Below are positions 1-9,553 of a DNA stretch of 64,000 bases, piece after piece. Origin of the DNA: Bacteroidetes bacterium HGW-Bacteroidetes-17. Lineage in GTDB: Bacteria > Bacteroidota > Bacteroidia > Bacteroidales > GCA-2711565. A program made the translations under genes and the position numbers. Positions within the stretch are counted from its first letter, which is position 1, and every line of letters begins with the position of its first letter. The DNA lies in NCBI GenBank assembly GCA_002840985.1, contig PHDM01000001.1:5412-69411 (forward strand), in the 5' to 3' direction. Below the pieces are notes generated by a model that did no database searches, had not been told where the DNA came from, and saw only the letters and a list, made by a program, of their open reading frames with translations.

Positions 1-1404
1 GGAGGGCAACAGTACGCACCTTATGTGATTGAAGTAAAAGGACAAACCATCGTGTTGTTCCAATCCAATCATGATAAAGGAGTGAGCGGTCTTTGGAAAA
101 TGGAACTGGATCCTTTTGATAGTCCAAAAACCGAAAAAATTGTGGATGGAAGAATTGGTGACATTGTTGAATCAAAGGATAAGATTTATGCATTGATTTC
201 CGGAACCATTCATGAATTAAATCTATCACAGAATAAAACATCAAAAATCGACGTGAGTTATCAGTTCAGCAAATTATTGAATGAAGAATTTGTTCAAATG
301 TATTATGAAAATTGGGCTGCGCTCGACGAAAATTATTATGATGGAAACTTTCATGGTGCCGATTGGAAGGAAATGCTTAAAAAGAATGAAAAATTCTTTC
401 CACATATCAAAAACCGGGATAATTTAAGAACCTTGTTGAACGATATGTTGGGCGAATTGAACGGCTCACATCTCGGTTTTAATTCGAGAGGAGATGAAGA
501 AACGACCTTCTATAAAGTAGCAACAGCAGAAACAGGAATCGTTTTTGACGCCAATGAACCTTTTACCGTATCAAGAATTGTTGATAATTCACCGCTTGAC
601 TTATTCGAAGCAAAGGTAATGACCGGCGATAAGCTCGTTAAAGTAAATGGCGAAGCGGTCGATGCCACTAAAAACAGGCAATCCTATTTGTCATTTGCAA
701 ATTTACCTGAAGAATTGACCCTTACATTTTTAAGGGCAAATAAGCAATTTGATGTAAATGTCCATCCGGTCGGTTCACGCCAAATGAATACATTATTGTA
801 TGATGAATGGATCGCCAACAATCAAAAACGCGTAGATGACAAGACAAATAGTAAAGTGGCTTATGCATTTATGAAAGATATGGGCGACGGTAGCCTGGCT
901 GATTTCATGATTGATATGACAACTGAAGCGATACATCGCGATGCGCTTATTTTGGATATTCGCTATAATCGTGGTGGGAATATACATGACGACGTGTTGC
1001 AGTTTTTATCTCAGTCACCCTACTTGCTTTGGAAACAAAGGAGTGGGAAAGTATCTACGCAACCAAATTTTGCACCTTCGGGCAAACCAATTGTATTGTT
1101 GATCAACGAACACAGTTTAAGTGATGCTGAAATGACTGCAGCAGGTTTCCGTAATCTTAAACTTGGAACCATCATTGGGACCGAAACCTATCGCTGGATC
1201 GTATTTACTTCTTCATGGGGATTGGTAGATGGATCATCAACCCGGATGCCTACCTGGGGTTGTTTCAACCTGAACGGGGATGATCTGGAAATGACGGGTG
1301 TTAAACCTGATATTTATATCAAAAATACATTTAAAGACCGGATTAACGGACAGGATCCTCAATTGGATAAGGCCATTGAGTTTATACTTGAAAAGCTTAA
1401 GTAG
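1..1404 (+). CDS. Tricorn-like / S41 family serine peptidase, C-terminal part (5' end lies outside the window)
   Basis: Frame 1 is open from base 1 (GGQQYAPY precedes the listed GTG at 25). PDZ-like middle segment, then S41-type block VLLINEHSLSDAEMTAAGF. The stop is followed by a strong terminator hairpin. Confidence 0.7.
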   Translation, partial: GGQQYAPYVIEVKGQTIVLFQSNHDKGVSGLWKMELDPFDSPKTEKIVDGRIGDIVESKDKIYALISGTIHELNLSQNKTSKIDVSYQFSKLLNEEFVQMYYENWAALDENYYDGNFHGADWKEMLKKNEKFFPHIKNRDNLRTLLNDMLGELNGSHLGFNSRGDEETTFYKVATAETGIVFDANEPFTVSRIVDNSPLDLFEAKVMTGDKLVKVNGEAVDATKNRQSYLSFANLPEELTLTFLRANKQFDVNVHPVGSRQMNTLLYDEWIANNQKRVDDKTNSKVAYAFMKDMGDGSLADFMIDMTTEAIHRDALILDIRYNRGGNIHDDVLQFLSQSPYLLWKQRSGKVSTQPNFAPSGKPIVLLINEHSLSDAEMTAAGFRNLKLGTIIGTETYRWIVFTSSWGLVDGSSTRMPTWGCFNLNGDDLEMTGVKPDIYIKNTFKDRINGQDPQLDKAIEFILEKLK

Positions 1405-1444
1405 CTTATCATAAATTTCATATGAACCCTGTGCGAGGGATTCA

Positions 1445-1478
1445 GGGGTGACACCCTGCAAAGGGTGTCACCCCTTTT
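1445..1478 (+). terminator. Rho-independent terminator
   Basis: Perfect 12-bp stem GGGGTGACACCC (1445-1456) / GGGTGTCACCCC (1463-1474), loop TGCAAA, then TTTT. Confidence 0.85.
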
Positions 1479-1559
1479 ATAAAAGAGCCTGCTTTATCGT
1501 TACGGTTTATTGATAGAAATTCATTATTTTTGAAAGATAACCTTAGTCAATCTAAAATC

Positions 1560-3860
1560 ATGAAGCGCAGATTAATCCAGAATTTTATTTTCTTATTGGG
1601 AATAACTTTAATATTTATAATTTCCCTGCTTACCTTTCAAGGCCCTGCACCCGTTAAAATTGAAGATTCTTCAAAAGAGTTTTCTGCTTATCGCGCTCTG
1701 GATCATTTAAATGTAATCGCGGATAAACCACGATCAATGGGAACTGAAGCGCATGAAATGGTGATGAATTATATTGTAAGTTACATGGATGAAATGGGCT
1801 TGGAAACCAGTATTCAACCTGCTTCGGTAATTGTTGACCGGAGAAGTCTTAGGGCAGCCTCTGTGTATAATATTATTGGCATTCTGAGAGGAACACAAAA
1901 CTCAAAAGCCATCATGATCGTGTCGCATTATGATTCGACCCCTCACACGCTTGGTGCTGCCGACGATGGGTCGGGGGTTTCGGCAATGCTCGAAACCATT
2001 AGGACAATAAAGGAGCTTGGAAGCTTTAAAAATGACATTATTTTTTTATTCACCGATGGTGAAGAATCAGGCTTGTATGGAGCGAGAGCTTTTGTAGATG
2101 AAAATAAGTTGGCCAAGGAAGTTGGTTTATTGCTTAACCTAGAGGCCAGGGGATCATCCGGGCCGGCCTATACTTATGAAGTGAGCCCGAATAACGGGTG
2201 GATCATGAGTGAATTTTTTAAAGCGGTACGATACCCCATTGCATCTTCACTGGCTTATGAGGTTTATCGGCTAATGCCAAACAGTTCTGATTTTACCATT
2301 TTTAAAGATGCCGGGTTGTCGGGCTTTAATGTAGCTTTTTTGGATGATTTTGTGAACTATCATAGCATGAACGATACGCCGGAAACAATTAGTTTGAGAA
2401 GTTTGCAGCATAGTGGCAGTTATGCTGTCGATATTATTAAACATTTTGGAAATCAGGAATTGATTGATCCCAAGACACCGGATTTGCTCTATTTTAACGT
2501 GATTGGCAGATGGGTGGTACGTTTCCCGCAAAGCATGAGTTTATATCTGATCATCTTAAGCAGTGTGTTATTTGCAATTGTCTTTGTTCTTGGTTTGAAA
2601 AGGAAAAGGGTTACCGTACCGAAATCTTTACTTGGAATTTTAATTTTCATGATAAGTCTGGCCGTTGCTGTTGGATCAATCTGGTTGCTGAATAAAGGAG
2701 TGTTGAATAAATATGCCATTTATAGTTCGTATTACAGTTCCAATTTTTATAATGCCCTTTATTATCTGGTAGCATACATGGCCATATCATTGGCCGTATT
2801 TTCATTTATTTATGCTTTGGTATATAAAAAGGTAGGCATCTTAAATCTTTTATTTGGCATTTTATTTATTAATCTGATCGCGTTAATTGCTGCTTTTATA
2901 TATATCCCAACCGCCATTTATGTAAGTTTGATCCCGCTATTTTTCATCTCGTTTGCCTTACTCTTTGTTATCCTTTTCAACTTAAGTTTGAAACATAAAC
3001 GGATGCTGTTTTTGTTCGTCAATTTAATTGTGTTGTTACCAGTGATTGGTTTTTATTTACCCATGGTAAAAGTGTTGTTTGTCACTTTCAGCCTGGAATT
3101 GCCAATCGCCGGGATCGCTTTATGGATCATTCTGCTGGGTTTACTGATGATCCCATTACGGGTGTTTTTCGATGTCAATCGCTGGGCTCTTACCTTAATT
3201 GCATTGATAGTTGGGATGATCGCACTTGTTGGGGCGCACCTGAAATCTGATTTTAACGAGCAACAACCATTACAGAGCAATATTATTTATGCACTCAATC
3301 ATGAAAGCAAATCTGCCCTATGGGTTTCTAGTGTGCTGAAGCCCGATGCATGGAATAAGCAGTTTTTTGAAGAAAATACGATTGGACCTTTAACCGAGAT
3401 TTTCCCACTTGCTTCAAGAGAAAGGCTTAAAAATAAAACAAATTTTGTTGCATTTGAAAAACCAGTCATTACCATCATTTCCGATGCCATCAAAAAGGAT
3501 GGGCTAAGAAAAGTTAAATTCAACTTAAAATCAATGATTGGTGCGGAGAATTTCCAACTTTATATTCATAAAACTGCCAGGCTTACATTTTTTGAAATTA
3601 ATGGTAAAACTGTTACTGATAAATCATTTTATACAGCGCCTTTTAACGATTATTATATCATGGATTATTTTGGCTGGCAAAAATCGGGCGTCGATTTTAG
3701 CCTCGAATGCAATGTAGATTTACCGATCGAATTATTGGTTTTTGAAAAGAAATTAGGCTTGCCTGCCGAACTTGATTTTATGCCGATGCCGGTCTCGGTT
3801 ATTCCACAAACCGGATATGAAAGTTACCTGAGTTTGGTGAAATCAAAGTTTGTATTTTAG
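1560..3860 (+). CDS. M28 family metallopeptidase fused to a polytopic membrane domain
   Basis: M28 metal-ligand blocks HYDSTPHTLGAADDGSGVSAMLE and FLFTDGEESGLYGARAF. About 9 hydrophobic helices follow (roughly residues 340-590). The ATG at 1560 (MKRRLIQNF..) is preferred over the listed TTG at 1530. Confidence 0.8.
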   Translation: MKRRLIQNFIFLLGITLIFIISLLTFQGPAPVKIEDSSKEFSAYRALDHLNVIADKPRSMGTEAHEMVMNYIVSYMDEMGLETSIQPASVIVDRRSLRAASVYNIIGILRGTQNSKAIMIVSHYDSTPHTLGAADDGSGVSAMLETIRTIKELGSFKNDIIFLFTDGEESGLYGARAFVDENKLAKEVGLLLNLEARGSSGPAYTYEVSPNNGWIMSEFFKAVRYPIASSLAYEVYRLMPNSSDFTIFKDAGLSGFNVAFLDDFVNYHSMNDTPETISLRSLQHSGSYAVDIIKHFGNQELIDPKTPDLLYFNVIGRWVVRFPQSMSLYLIILSSVLFAIVFVLGLKRKRVTVPKSLLGILIFMISLAVAVGSIWLLNKGVLNKYAIYSSYYSSNFYNALYYLVAYMAISLAVFSFIYALVYKKVGILNLLFGILFINLIALIAAFIYIPTAIYVSLIPLFFISFALLFVILFNLSLKHKRMLFLFVNLIVLLPVIGFYLPMVKVLFVTFSLELPIAGIALWIILLGLLMIPLRVFFDVNRWALTLIALIVGMIALVGAHLKSDFNEQQPLQSNIIYALNHESKSALWVSSVLKPDAWNKQFFEENTIGPLTEIFPLASRERLKNKTNFVAFEKPVITIISDAIKKDGLRKVKFNLKSMIGAENFQLYIHKTARLTFFEINGKTVTDKSFYTAPFNDYYIMDYFGWQKSGVDFSLECNVDLPIELLVFEKKLGLPAELDFMPMPVSVIPQTGYESYLSLVKSKFVF

Positions 3861-4103
3861 GGTTTATACGAATTTTACTATATTCGATATTCATTGATTT
3901 TTTGGTACTTACACTTTGTGCTATAATAAAATATATTCTTTAAAATTTTAATTTCTCAGCATAAAATAAATATTGAAATCGGTATAATTGTTGTGTTTAA
4001 TTCAACATGATTTAATATCAAATTATGAGTAAGATTTTGCCTATGATTACCCTCCCTCTTTTATTGTAGTTCATTTATAAACTGTACGTAAATCTTTCCA
4101 TTT

Positions 4104-6605
4104 ATGAAAAAGACTACCTTCTTCATTATCCTAATCATTTTATTTGTTTCAGGCACAAAAATTTCATTTTCACAAAATTCTGAAAACTGGCTTGAAAAAA
4201 ACGACCCTATTTCTTATGCAAAATTGTATCTGCATACCGATCGAGACATTTATTTTCAGGGCGATACCATTTGGTTTAAGGCATATTACCTGAATGGGCA
4301 AACACAGGTTTTATGGCCCGGATTTTATAATTTATTTGTTGATATAGTGGATGAAAGTGGGAAAACCATCCACACTCAGGTATTGCCCATAACCAATGGC
4401 TTAAGCTCCGGGTATGTAAAAATCCATAATAAGTTAGAGTCGGGAAGCTATTTGTTGCGTGCACTTACAAATGCACAAAAGCAGATTGGCGAAGATGCTT
4501 ATTTTTATAAAACGATTGAAATCTTTAAGATTCGAAATTCACCAGCACCTGAAGATAAAAAAACGGAAGGGCAAACACAGGAGTCAGATGGTCCGGATAT
4601 TTCCTTTTTACCGGAAGGAGGCTTTTTGCTTGCAGGACAGGTCAATCTTGTTGGCATAAAAGCCATTAACCCGAGAGGAAAAGGACTGACGATAAAAGGG
4701 AAGGTTATTGATTCAAAAGGCAGGGTTGTTTCAACTTTCAGCACTGCTTATAAAGGATTGGGGAAGTTATATTTAAGCCCTCATGTTGGAGAAACTTATC
4801 GGGTGGAGATTGAAGAGTTCCCGGATTTCAAATATGAATTCAAGGAGGTTAAACAAGAAGGGATCAAGATTGAATTTATGAGTGACAGCAAGGAAGGATT
4901 GATATTCAGGTCAACGACCAACGCAGAAACATATAAAGAAAAGAATTATTACTTCGCCATCATGAACAAGGGAAGGGTTTTGTTTTATCAGAGGTTTACC
5001 CAAAGGAAAAATGATGCCTTGATTAAGGTAAACCCAACAGATTTACTTGGAGGGATCAATCGGGTCATTTTAATGGATGCACAACTGAAGCCAATTTCGG
5101 AAAGGCTCATTTTTTCAAATAACTATGAAATTAACCAAGTGCAAATTGTTTCAAATCAGGAACAATATCAATCAAGGAGCCGGGTTGATTTGGGAATTAT
5201 AGATGAAGAAGATATAGGAAATTCCTTCTCAAGTCTATCGCTTTCAGTAGTTGATGAAAATACGGTAGTGAAAAATGAACCTTCACTAAATATTTTATCA
5301 TATCTGTTGATTGACTCGGAACTAAAAGGAATTGTGGAATCGCCATCCGATTATTTTATTGATGATGAAAATATCTTCTCAGAAGAAAAACTAAACCTGC
5401 TTATGCTCACACAGGGATGGAGCAATTATGTATGGAATGGATTGACCTCTCAAAATACAAGCTTAACTTATTTAGAAGATGGAGGAATAACGATAAAAGG
5501 GAGGGTCAAGCGCTTGTTTAATCAGAATCCCGTTACTGGAGGAAATGTAATTTTAGGGATCATAAAGAATGGTTCTTTTGCAACTTATGAAGCGAAAACT
5601 GATATCGATGGGAGGTTTTTGTTTAAGGATATGATCCTTACCGATACTTCATCGATTTATGTTCAGGCTACGAACAGTAAAGGAAAGAAAGTTACAGAGG
5701 TAGTATTAGATTCGATTTTTGAGAAAAGCCCGATTGTTTCCGGGTTATTCCTGAAAGCTATAAAAAGCGACACCAAATTACCACCCTTATTGCATCGCAA
5801 TAAATATAACAGTGAATTGGCCATGACTGCGTATGATCCTAATTACAAAGGCATCATGCTTGAGGAAGTGATTGTTAAAGCAGATAGAATTGAAGAAGAT
5901 GATGTCGCTTTCAGAGTATATCCGAAACCGAGAGTATCTTTGAAACCCGGAGTTGAGGCAGCTTCGTATCCAGACGTCCTCAGTTACTTATCAGCCGGTG
6001 CACCAGGTGCAAGAGTAGCTAATGGGGAGATTGCCATTCGTGGCCTGGGAAGCTTTTCTAGCTCAGCTCCATTGTTTCTGGTTGATGGATTTCCTATATT
6101 TATTGTTCCAGCTGATAGTAGAGGAAGGTCACCCCATCCTGAAGCTGCAACATCTATTTATAACATTATTAAAAGTATTCCAATGATGGATATTGATCGG
6201 ATTGAAATATATAAAGATGCGAATGAAACGGCATGGTTTGGCATGAGAGGAATGCATGGGGTTATCTCAATTTATACCAAGCAAGGACCTGAGGATAGAA
6301 AAGAAAACCCTTACACTAAAGGGGCCATTGCATCAACTATTGTTGGTTATGCAGGCTACCGTGAGTTTTATTCACCAAAATATACGGTGGGGGATATTGA
6401 TTCAAAAAGACCGGACAACCGTGTCACTTTATACTGGAATCCAGATATCATTACCAAAAATGGCAAGGCTTCTTTATCCTTTTTTACCTCAGATGATATA
6501 GCGAACTATAAAATATTTGTAGAAGGAATAACCAATGATGGAAGGGTTTGTGTTGGGAACGCTGAATTTTCGGTTAATGAATATAGTCCTAAAATATTAA
6601 AATAA
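4104..6605 (+). CDS. Large secreted protein with MG2-like N-terminus, carboxypeptidase-regulatory-like domain and TonB-receptor Plug-like domain (no obvious barrel)
   Basis: Signal peptide MKKTTFFIILIILFVSGTKISFSQ. YLHTDRDIYFQGDTIWFKAY block (macroglobulin MG2-like). GGITIKGRVK..GGNVILG..TDIDGRFLF block (CarbopepD_reg-like). IAIRGLGSFSSSAPLFLVDGFPI block (Plug-like). Confidence 0.6.
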   Translation: MKKTTFFIILIILFVSGTKISFSQNSENWLEKNDPISYAKLYLHTDRDIYFQGDTIWFKAYYLNGQTQVLWPGFYNLFVDIVDESGKTIHTQVLPITNGLSSGYVKIHNKLESGSYLLRALTNAQKQIGEDAYFYKTIEIFKIRNSPAPEDKKTEGQTQESDGPDISFLPEGGFLLAGQVNLVGIKAINPRGKGLTIKGKVIDSKGRVVSTFSTAYKGLGKLYLSPHVGETYRVEIEEFPDFKYEFKEVKQEGIKIEFMSDSKEGLIFRSTTNAETYKEKNYYFAIMNKGRVLFYQRFTQRKNDALIKVNPTDLLGGINRVILMDAQLKPISERLIFSNNYEINQVQIVSNQEQYQSRSRVDLGIIDEEDIGNSFSSLSLSVVDENTVVKNEPSLNILSYLLIDSELKGIVESPSDYFIDDENIFSEEKLNLLMLTQGWSNYVWNGLTSQNTSLTYLEDGGITIKGRVKRLFNQNPVTGGNVILGIIKNGSFATYEAKTDIDGRFLFKDMILTDTSSIYVQATNSKGKKVTEVVLDSIFEKSPIVSGLFLKAIKSDTKLPPLLHRNKYNSELAMTAYDPNYKGIMLEEVIVKADRIEEDDVAFRVYPKPRVSLKPGVEAASYPDVLSYLSAGAPGARVANGEIAIRGLGSFSSSAPLFLVDGFPIFIVPADSRGRSPHPEAATSIYNIIKSIPMMDIDRIEIYKDANETAWFGMRGMHGVISIYTKQGPEDRKENPYTKGAIASTIVGYAGYREFYSPKYTVGDIDSKRPDNRVTLYWNPDIITKNGKASLSFFTSDDIANYKIFVEGITNDGRVCVGNAEFSVNEYSPKILK

Positions 6606-6607
6606 AA

Positions 6608-6720
6608 TGTCAGTTCGAGCTTCCGCCGAAGGCGGATAAATGTCGAGAACTGGCATGTTCCTGGGTGGCCACATTTCGGCATGCTTCGACTAGAGCTCAG
6701 TACAAGTGCTCAATATGACC
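6608..6720. repeat. Hairpin-type intergenic repeat (TCGAGC...GTCGAG / TTCGAC...GCTCAAT family), degenerate copy
   Basis: GTCAGTTCGAGC..(CCGCCgaaGGCGG hairpin)..GTCGAGAAC ... TTTCGGCATGCTTCGAC..GTGCTCAATATGAC. Same arm motifs as the cleaner copy at 33394-33486. Confidence 0.6.
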
Positions 6721-6844
6721 GTAATTTATCACACGAAGCCTTGTAGAAACTGGATGCGCCCTTACAATATATTACCTCACAAAGCCCTCAAGTTTTTATT
6801 TTATAGTAATTTGTAAATGAGAAACATGGATGGTTTTTTATAAA

Positions 6845-6891
6845 ATACTATAAAAATAGTTTGACTTATTATAAATATAGTACTATGTTTG
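6845..6891 (+). promoter_or_regulatory. Putative promoter with two ACTAT/ATAGT palindromic operators upstream of the BlaI-like gene
   Basis: TTTG at 6860-6863 and TAtgTTTG at 6884-6891 (Bacteroidota -33/-7 pattern, 20-nt spacer, 24 nt before the ATG). ACTAT-aaaa-ATAGT at 6847-6860. Perfect 10-nt palindrome ATAGTACTAT at 6877-6886 overlapping the -7 box. Confidence 0.5.
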
Positions 6892-6914
6892 TAGTAGATT
6901 AAAATTTATTTCAA

Positions 6915-7295
6915 ATGAAATCACTCACAAAAGCTGAAGAACAAGTCATGCAAATCCTTTGGGATTTGAAAGAAGCCACCGTTAAAGAAGTGGTTGATGG
7001 CTTTGAAGAATCAAGACCGGCCTATACAACCGTCGCTACTGTTTTAAAAGTATTGGAGAAAAAGGGATTTGTTGATCATAAGCCAATGGGAAACACCTAT
7101 CAGTTTTACGCTACACTGAGCAAAAAAGAATACACCCGCGATCAGTTCATCTCATTGCTCACGAACTATTTTGGTGGCTCGTTTCCTAAAATGGCCACCT
7201 TTTTTGCCAAAGAAAATAATCTGGACATCAGCGAATTGGAGGCCATGATTAAAATGGCAGAAGACGAACTTAATAAAGATAAAAGCCATGAATAG
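6915..7295 (+). CDS. BlaI/MecI/CopY family transcriptional repressor
   Basis: 126 aa. N-terminal winged-helix pattern LTKAEEQVMQILW..ATVKEVV...AYTTVATVLKVLEKKGFV typical of the Penicillinase_R family. Overlaps the downstream M56 gene by 8 nt. Confidence 0.85.
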   Translation: MKSLTKAEEQVMQILWDLKEATVKEVVDGFEESRPAYTTVATVLKVLEKKGFVDHKPMGNTYQFYATLSKKEYTRDQFISLLTNYFGGSFPKMATFFAKENNLDISELEAMIKMAEDELNKDKSHE

Positions 7296-8907
7296 TCTCT
7301 TCACTTTCCTTGTCCTGTCGTCGGTTGGAATGTTGCTATTTTATATGGTGTACTGGGCCTTTCTTCGTAAAGAAACCTATTATACATCAAACCGGTTTTT
7401 CCTCCTGTTTGGACTTTTTTCCTCCACTTTAATGCCGCTCATGCCAATTCATTATAATGTGATGACAGAAGGAGTTGCGCGAAATGGTAATTTATTTACA
7501 GAAGTTAGTAGTGCTTTTAAAGGAATTCAACCATATACGGGTTCCGGATTCGAAGTATCGTATTCGCTAAGCTGGCTTGATGCGCTGCTGATAATTTATT
7601 TTACCGGTGCCGGAATTTTCATGCTTAGGCTTTTGGTACAAACTGGAATTCTTTGTATTCAAATCATAAAAAATAAAACAATACTATTGGATGGTTTACG
7701 CGTAGTTGAAACCGAAAAATATGGTTTGCCATTTTCTTTTTTCAACGTGGTTTACATCAATCCTAAATTCCATAAACAGGACGTCCTGCCAGAAATTCTG
7801 GCTCACGAAAAGGTGCACATTCGTGAAAAGCATTGGGTCGATCTGCTTATTATTGAACTGTTAACAGTCATCTTCTGGTTCAACCTGGTTATTTGGTTCT
7901 TTGAACATGCTATCAAACTCAATCATGAGTATCTCGCCGATCATGGGGTTATTTCAAAAGGCAGCCATGTTGGCAAATATCAGGCTTTATTAGTTAACCA
8001 GTTAATGGGAATGCAGATTATCGGGATCACCAATAACCTGAATTTCGGAATTAACACAAACCGATTAAAAATGATGACTAAGCAAAAAACACCCAAAATA
8101 AAGGCCATAAAATTGGTCTGGGCGATGCCCATTATTGCAATTCTTTTATTTGCATTTGCTGAGCCCAATTATAAAGTAATTCCAGAAAAACAAGACCCTG
8201 GCAAAAGCGCAGTTCAAAATGTGATTGAAAAAAGAGTTACGATGTTCACAGGGACAGTGGTTGACGAGAACGCGATTGGATTTCCAGGTGTTCAAGTTTT
8301 AATAGTTGGATCAACCATTGGTATCACTACCGATAAGGAAGGTAGTTTCACACTAGGGCTTATTAACGAAGTTAAGGTAGAATTCTCTTATGTAGGAAAA
8401 GAGACCTTGCAGTTTACAGGAAATGAATTACTATCAATGAAAGAGAAACGAATTGTGATGAAGGATATTGCAATTGTTTTGGATTTTAATCAAAAAACAG
8501 AAGAAGTAGTTCCACCTCCGCAACCTGTTAAAACTGAAGGTATTGTAGAGGAGATTATTGTTCCGCCACCACCTCTGAGAGCTTTTGATGAAAATGCCGA
8601 AGAACATATTTTTACAATTGTAGAACAAGATCCTGAATATCCGGGAGGTCATAACGCACTGAGGAAATATGTAACAGATATGCAAACAAAGCTTGCCAAT
8701 GATGAAAAGATCAAAGGAAAAGCAAAGGTTGGTTTCACTGTTGATGCAGAAGGAAAAGCTACCAATATCAAAACTATCGAACAGGATAATGATTTGGCTG
8801 GTAAAGGTGCTGCAACCATAGTGATGGGAATGGAAACCTGGACACCTGGAAAACAGAGAAACAAAGCAGTTTCCGTAAACTTTATTCTCCCTGTGGAATT
8901 TAAATAA
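7288..8907 (+). CDS. BlaR1-like M56 peptidase / signal transducer with carboxypeptidase-regulatory-like and C-terminal TonB domains
   Basis: N-terminal TM helices. HEKVH zinc motif in LAHEKVHIREKHWVD. FTGTVVDENAIGFPGVQVLIVGS..TTDKEGSF block (CarbopepD_reg-like). Pro-rich linker PPPQP..PPPP. C-terminal EQDPEYPGG...WTPGKQRNKAV block (TonB_C-like). Confidence 0.8.
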   Translation: MNSLFTFLVLSSVGMLLFYMVYWAFLRKETYYTSNRFFLLFGLFSSTLMPLMPIHYNVMTEGVARNGNLFTEVSSAFKGIQPYTGSGFEVSYSLSWLDALLIIYFTGAGIFMLRLLVQTGILCIQIIKNKTILLDGLRVVETEKYGLPFSFFNVVYINPKFHKQDVLPEILAHEKVHIREKHWVDLLIIELLTVIFWFNLVIWFFEHAIKLNHEYLADHGVISKGSHVGKYQALLVNQLMGMQIIGITNNLNFGINTNRLKMMTKQKTPKIKAIKLVWAMPIIAILLFAFAEPNYKVIPEKQDPGKSAVQNVIEKRVTMFTGTVVDENAIGFPGVQVLIVGSTIGITTDKEGSFTLGLINEVKVEFSYVGKETLQFTGNELLSMKEKRIVMKDIAIVLDFNQKTEEVVPPPQPVKTEGIVEEIIVPPPPLRAFDENAEEHIFTIVEQDPEYPGGHNALRKYVTDMQTKLANDEKIKGKAKVGFTVDAEGKATNIKTIEQDNDLAGKGAATIVMGMETWTPGKQRNKAVSVNFILPVEFK

Positions 8908-8911
8908 TTGA

Positions 8912-8945
8912 AAAAGGGTGACACCCTGCAGGATGTCACCCTTTT
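8912..8945. terminator. Bidirectional rho-independent terminator between convergent genes
   Basis: AAAAGGGTGACA (8912-8923) / TGTCACCCTTTT (8934-8945), 10-nt loop. An A-tract on one side and a T-tract on the other serve 7288-8907(+) and 8954-9373(-). Confidence 0.8.
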
Positions 8946-8953
8946 AAATTTAT

Positions 8954-9373
8954 CTACGCTTTCTTTCCCAAGCCCATCACCCAAACGGCTGCAATGCCTG
9001 CTAATGACCACATTATCGCACTGATGATTGTGTCAACAATGACCGGGGTAAAATTAAAAAACATATTACTCATCGAGTAAAAACTCAGGTCAACAGCAAA
9101 TGCCATTAACAATCCTATGGTTCCACCTACTTTTACTGCGTCGGCAAAACTCTTGGTGTTTGTCCAGTATAGTAATAAGGCCAATAAAAATCCTGAAGCC
9201 AGGTTAGACACAATCATGGCCCACCAAACCATGTCTTCTTCGGCTTTCATCATACTTTGATCCGAATTGCTTTGCATAAAATCCATTAATAACATTCCAT
9301 AGATTAACCATCCTAAAAAAAAGAAAGTAACAGCTGCCACGATCCCTCCAAGTAAAATTTTGTTTGTTTTCAT
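8954..9373 (-). CDS. Small integral membrane protein (DUF1761-like, tentative)
   Basis: 139 aa with 4 predicted hydrophobic helices. N-terminus ILLGGIVAAVTFFFLGWLIYGMLL resembles the DUF1761 pattern. No catalytic motif. Confidence 0.5.
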   Translation of the reverse strand: MKTNKILLGGIVAAVTFFFLGWLIYGMLLMDFMQSNSDQSMMKAEEDMVWWAMIVSNLASGFLLALLLYWTNTKSFADAVKVGGTIGLLMAFAVDLSFYSMSNMFFNFTPVIVDTIISAIMWSLAGIAAVWVMGLGKKA

Positions 9374-9506
9374 GTTTAGAAAATTTAGTTTGTACCAGAC
9401 TATTTTAATTGAAATTTAATGGATTAGGGATGTCAAAAATTCCCTAATTACTTCAAACATAAGCCATCTAAATTAAAAATCAAAATAATTTAATTTTCAC
9501 CATATA

Positions 9507-9543
9507 AAAGAGCCGGCTTTTTCTGGAAAAAAACCGGCTCTTT
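9507..9543 (-). terminator. Rho-independent terminator of the 9554-11638 gene
   Basis: AAAGAGCCGG (9507-9516) / CCGGCTCTTT (9534-9543), with a T-run on the minus strand. Lies 11 nt after the stop codon. Confidence 0.8.
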
Positions 9544-9553
9544 AACTCTACTT

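Noticed and set aside
1445-8945. The shared GGTGACACCCTGCA sequence in the terminators at 1445-1478 and 8912-8945 as a possible repeat family or regulatory motif
   Set aside because: Only two copies were seen, and both function plausibly as plain terminator stems. The similarity is confined to about 14 nt.
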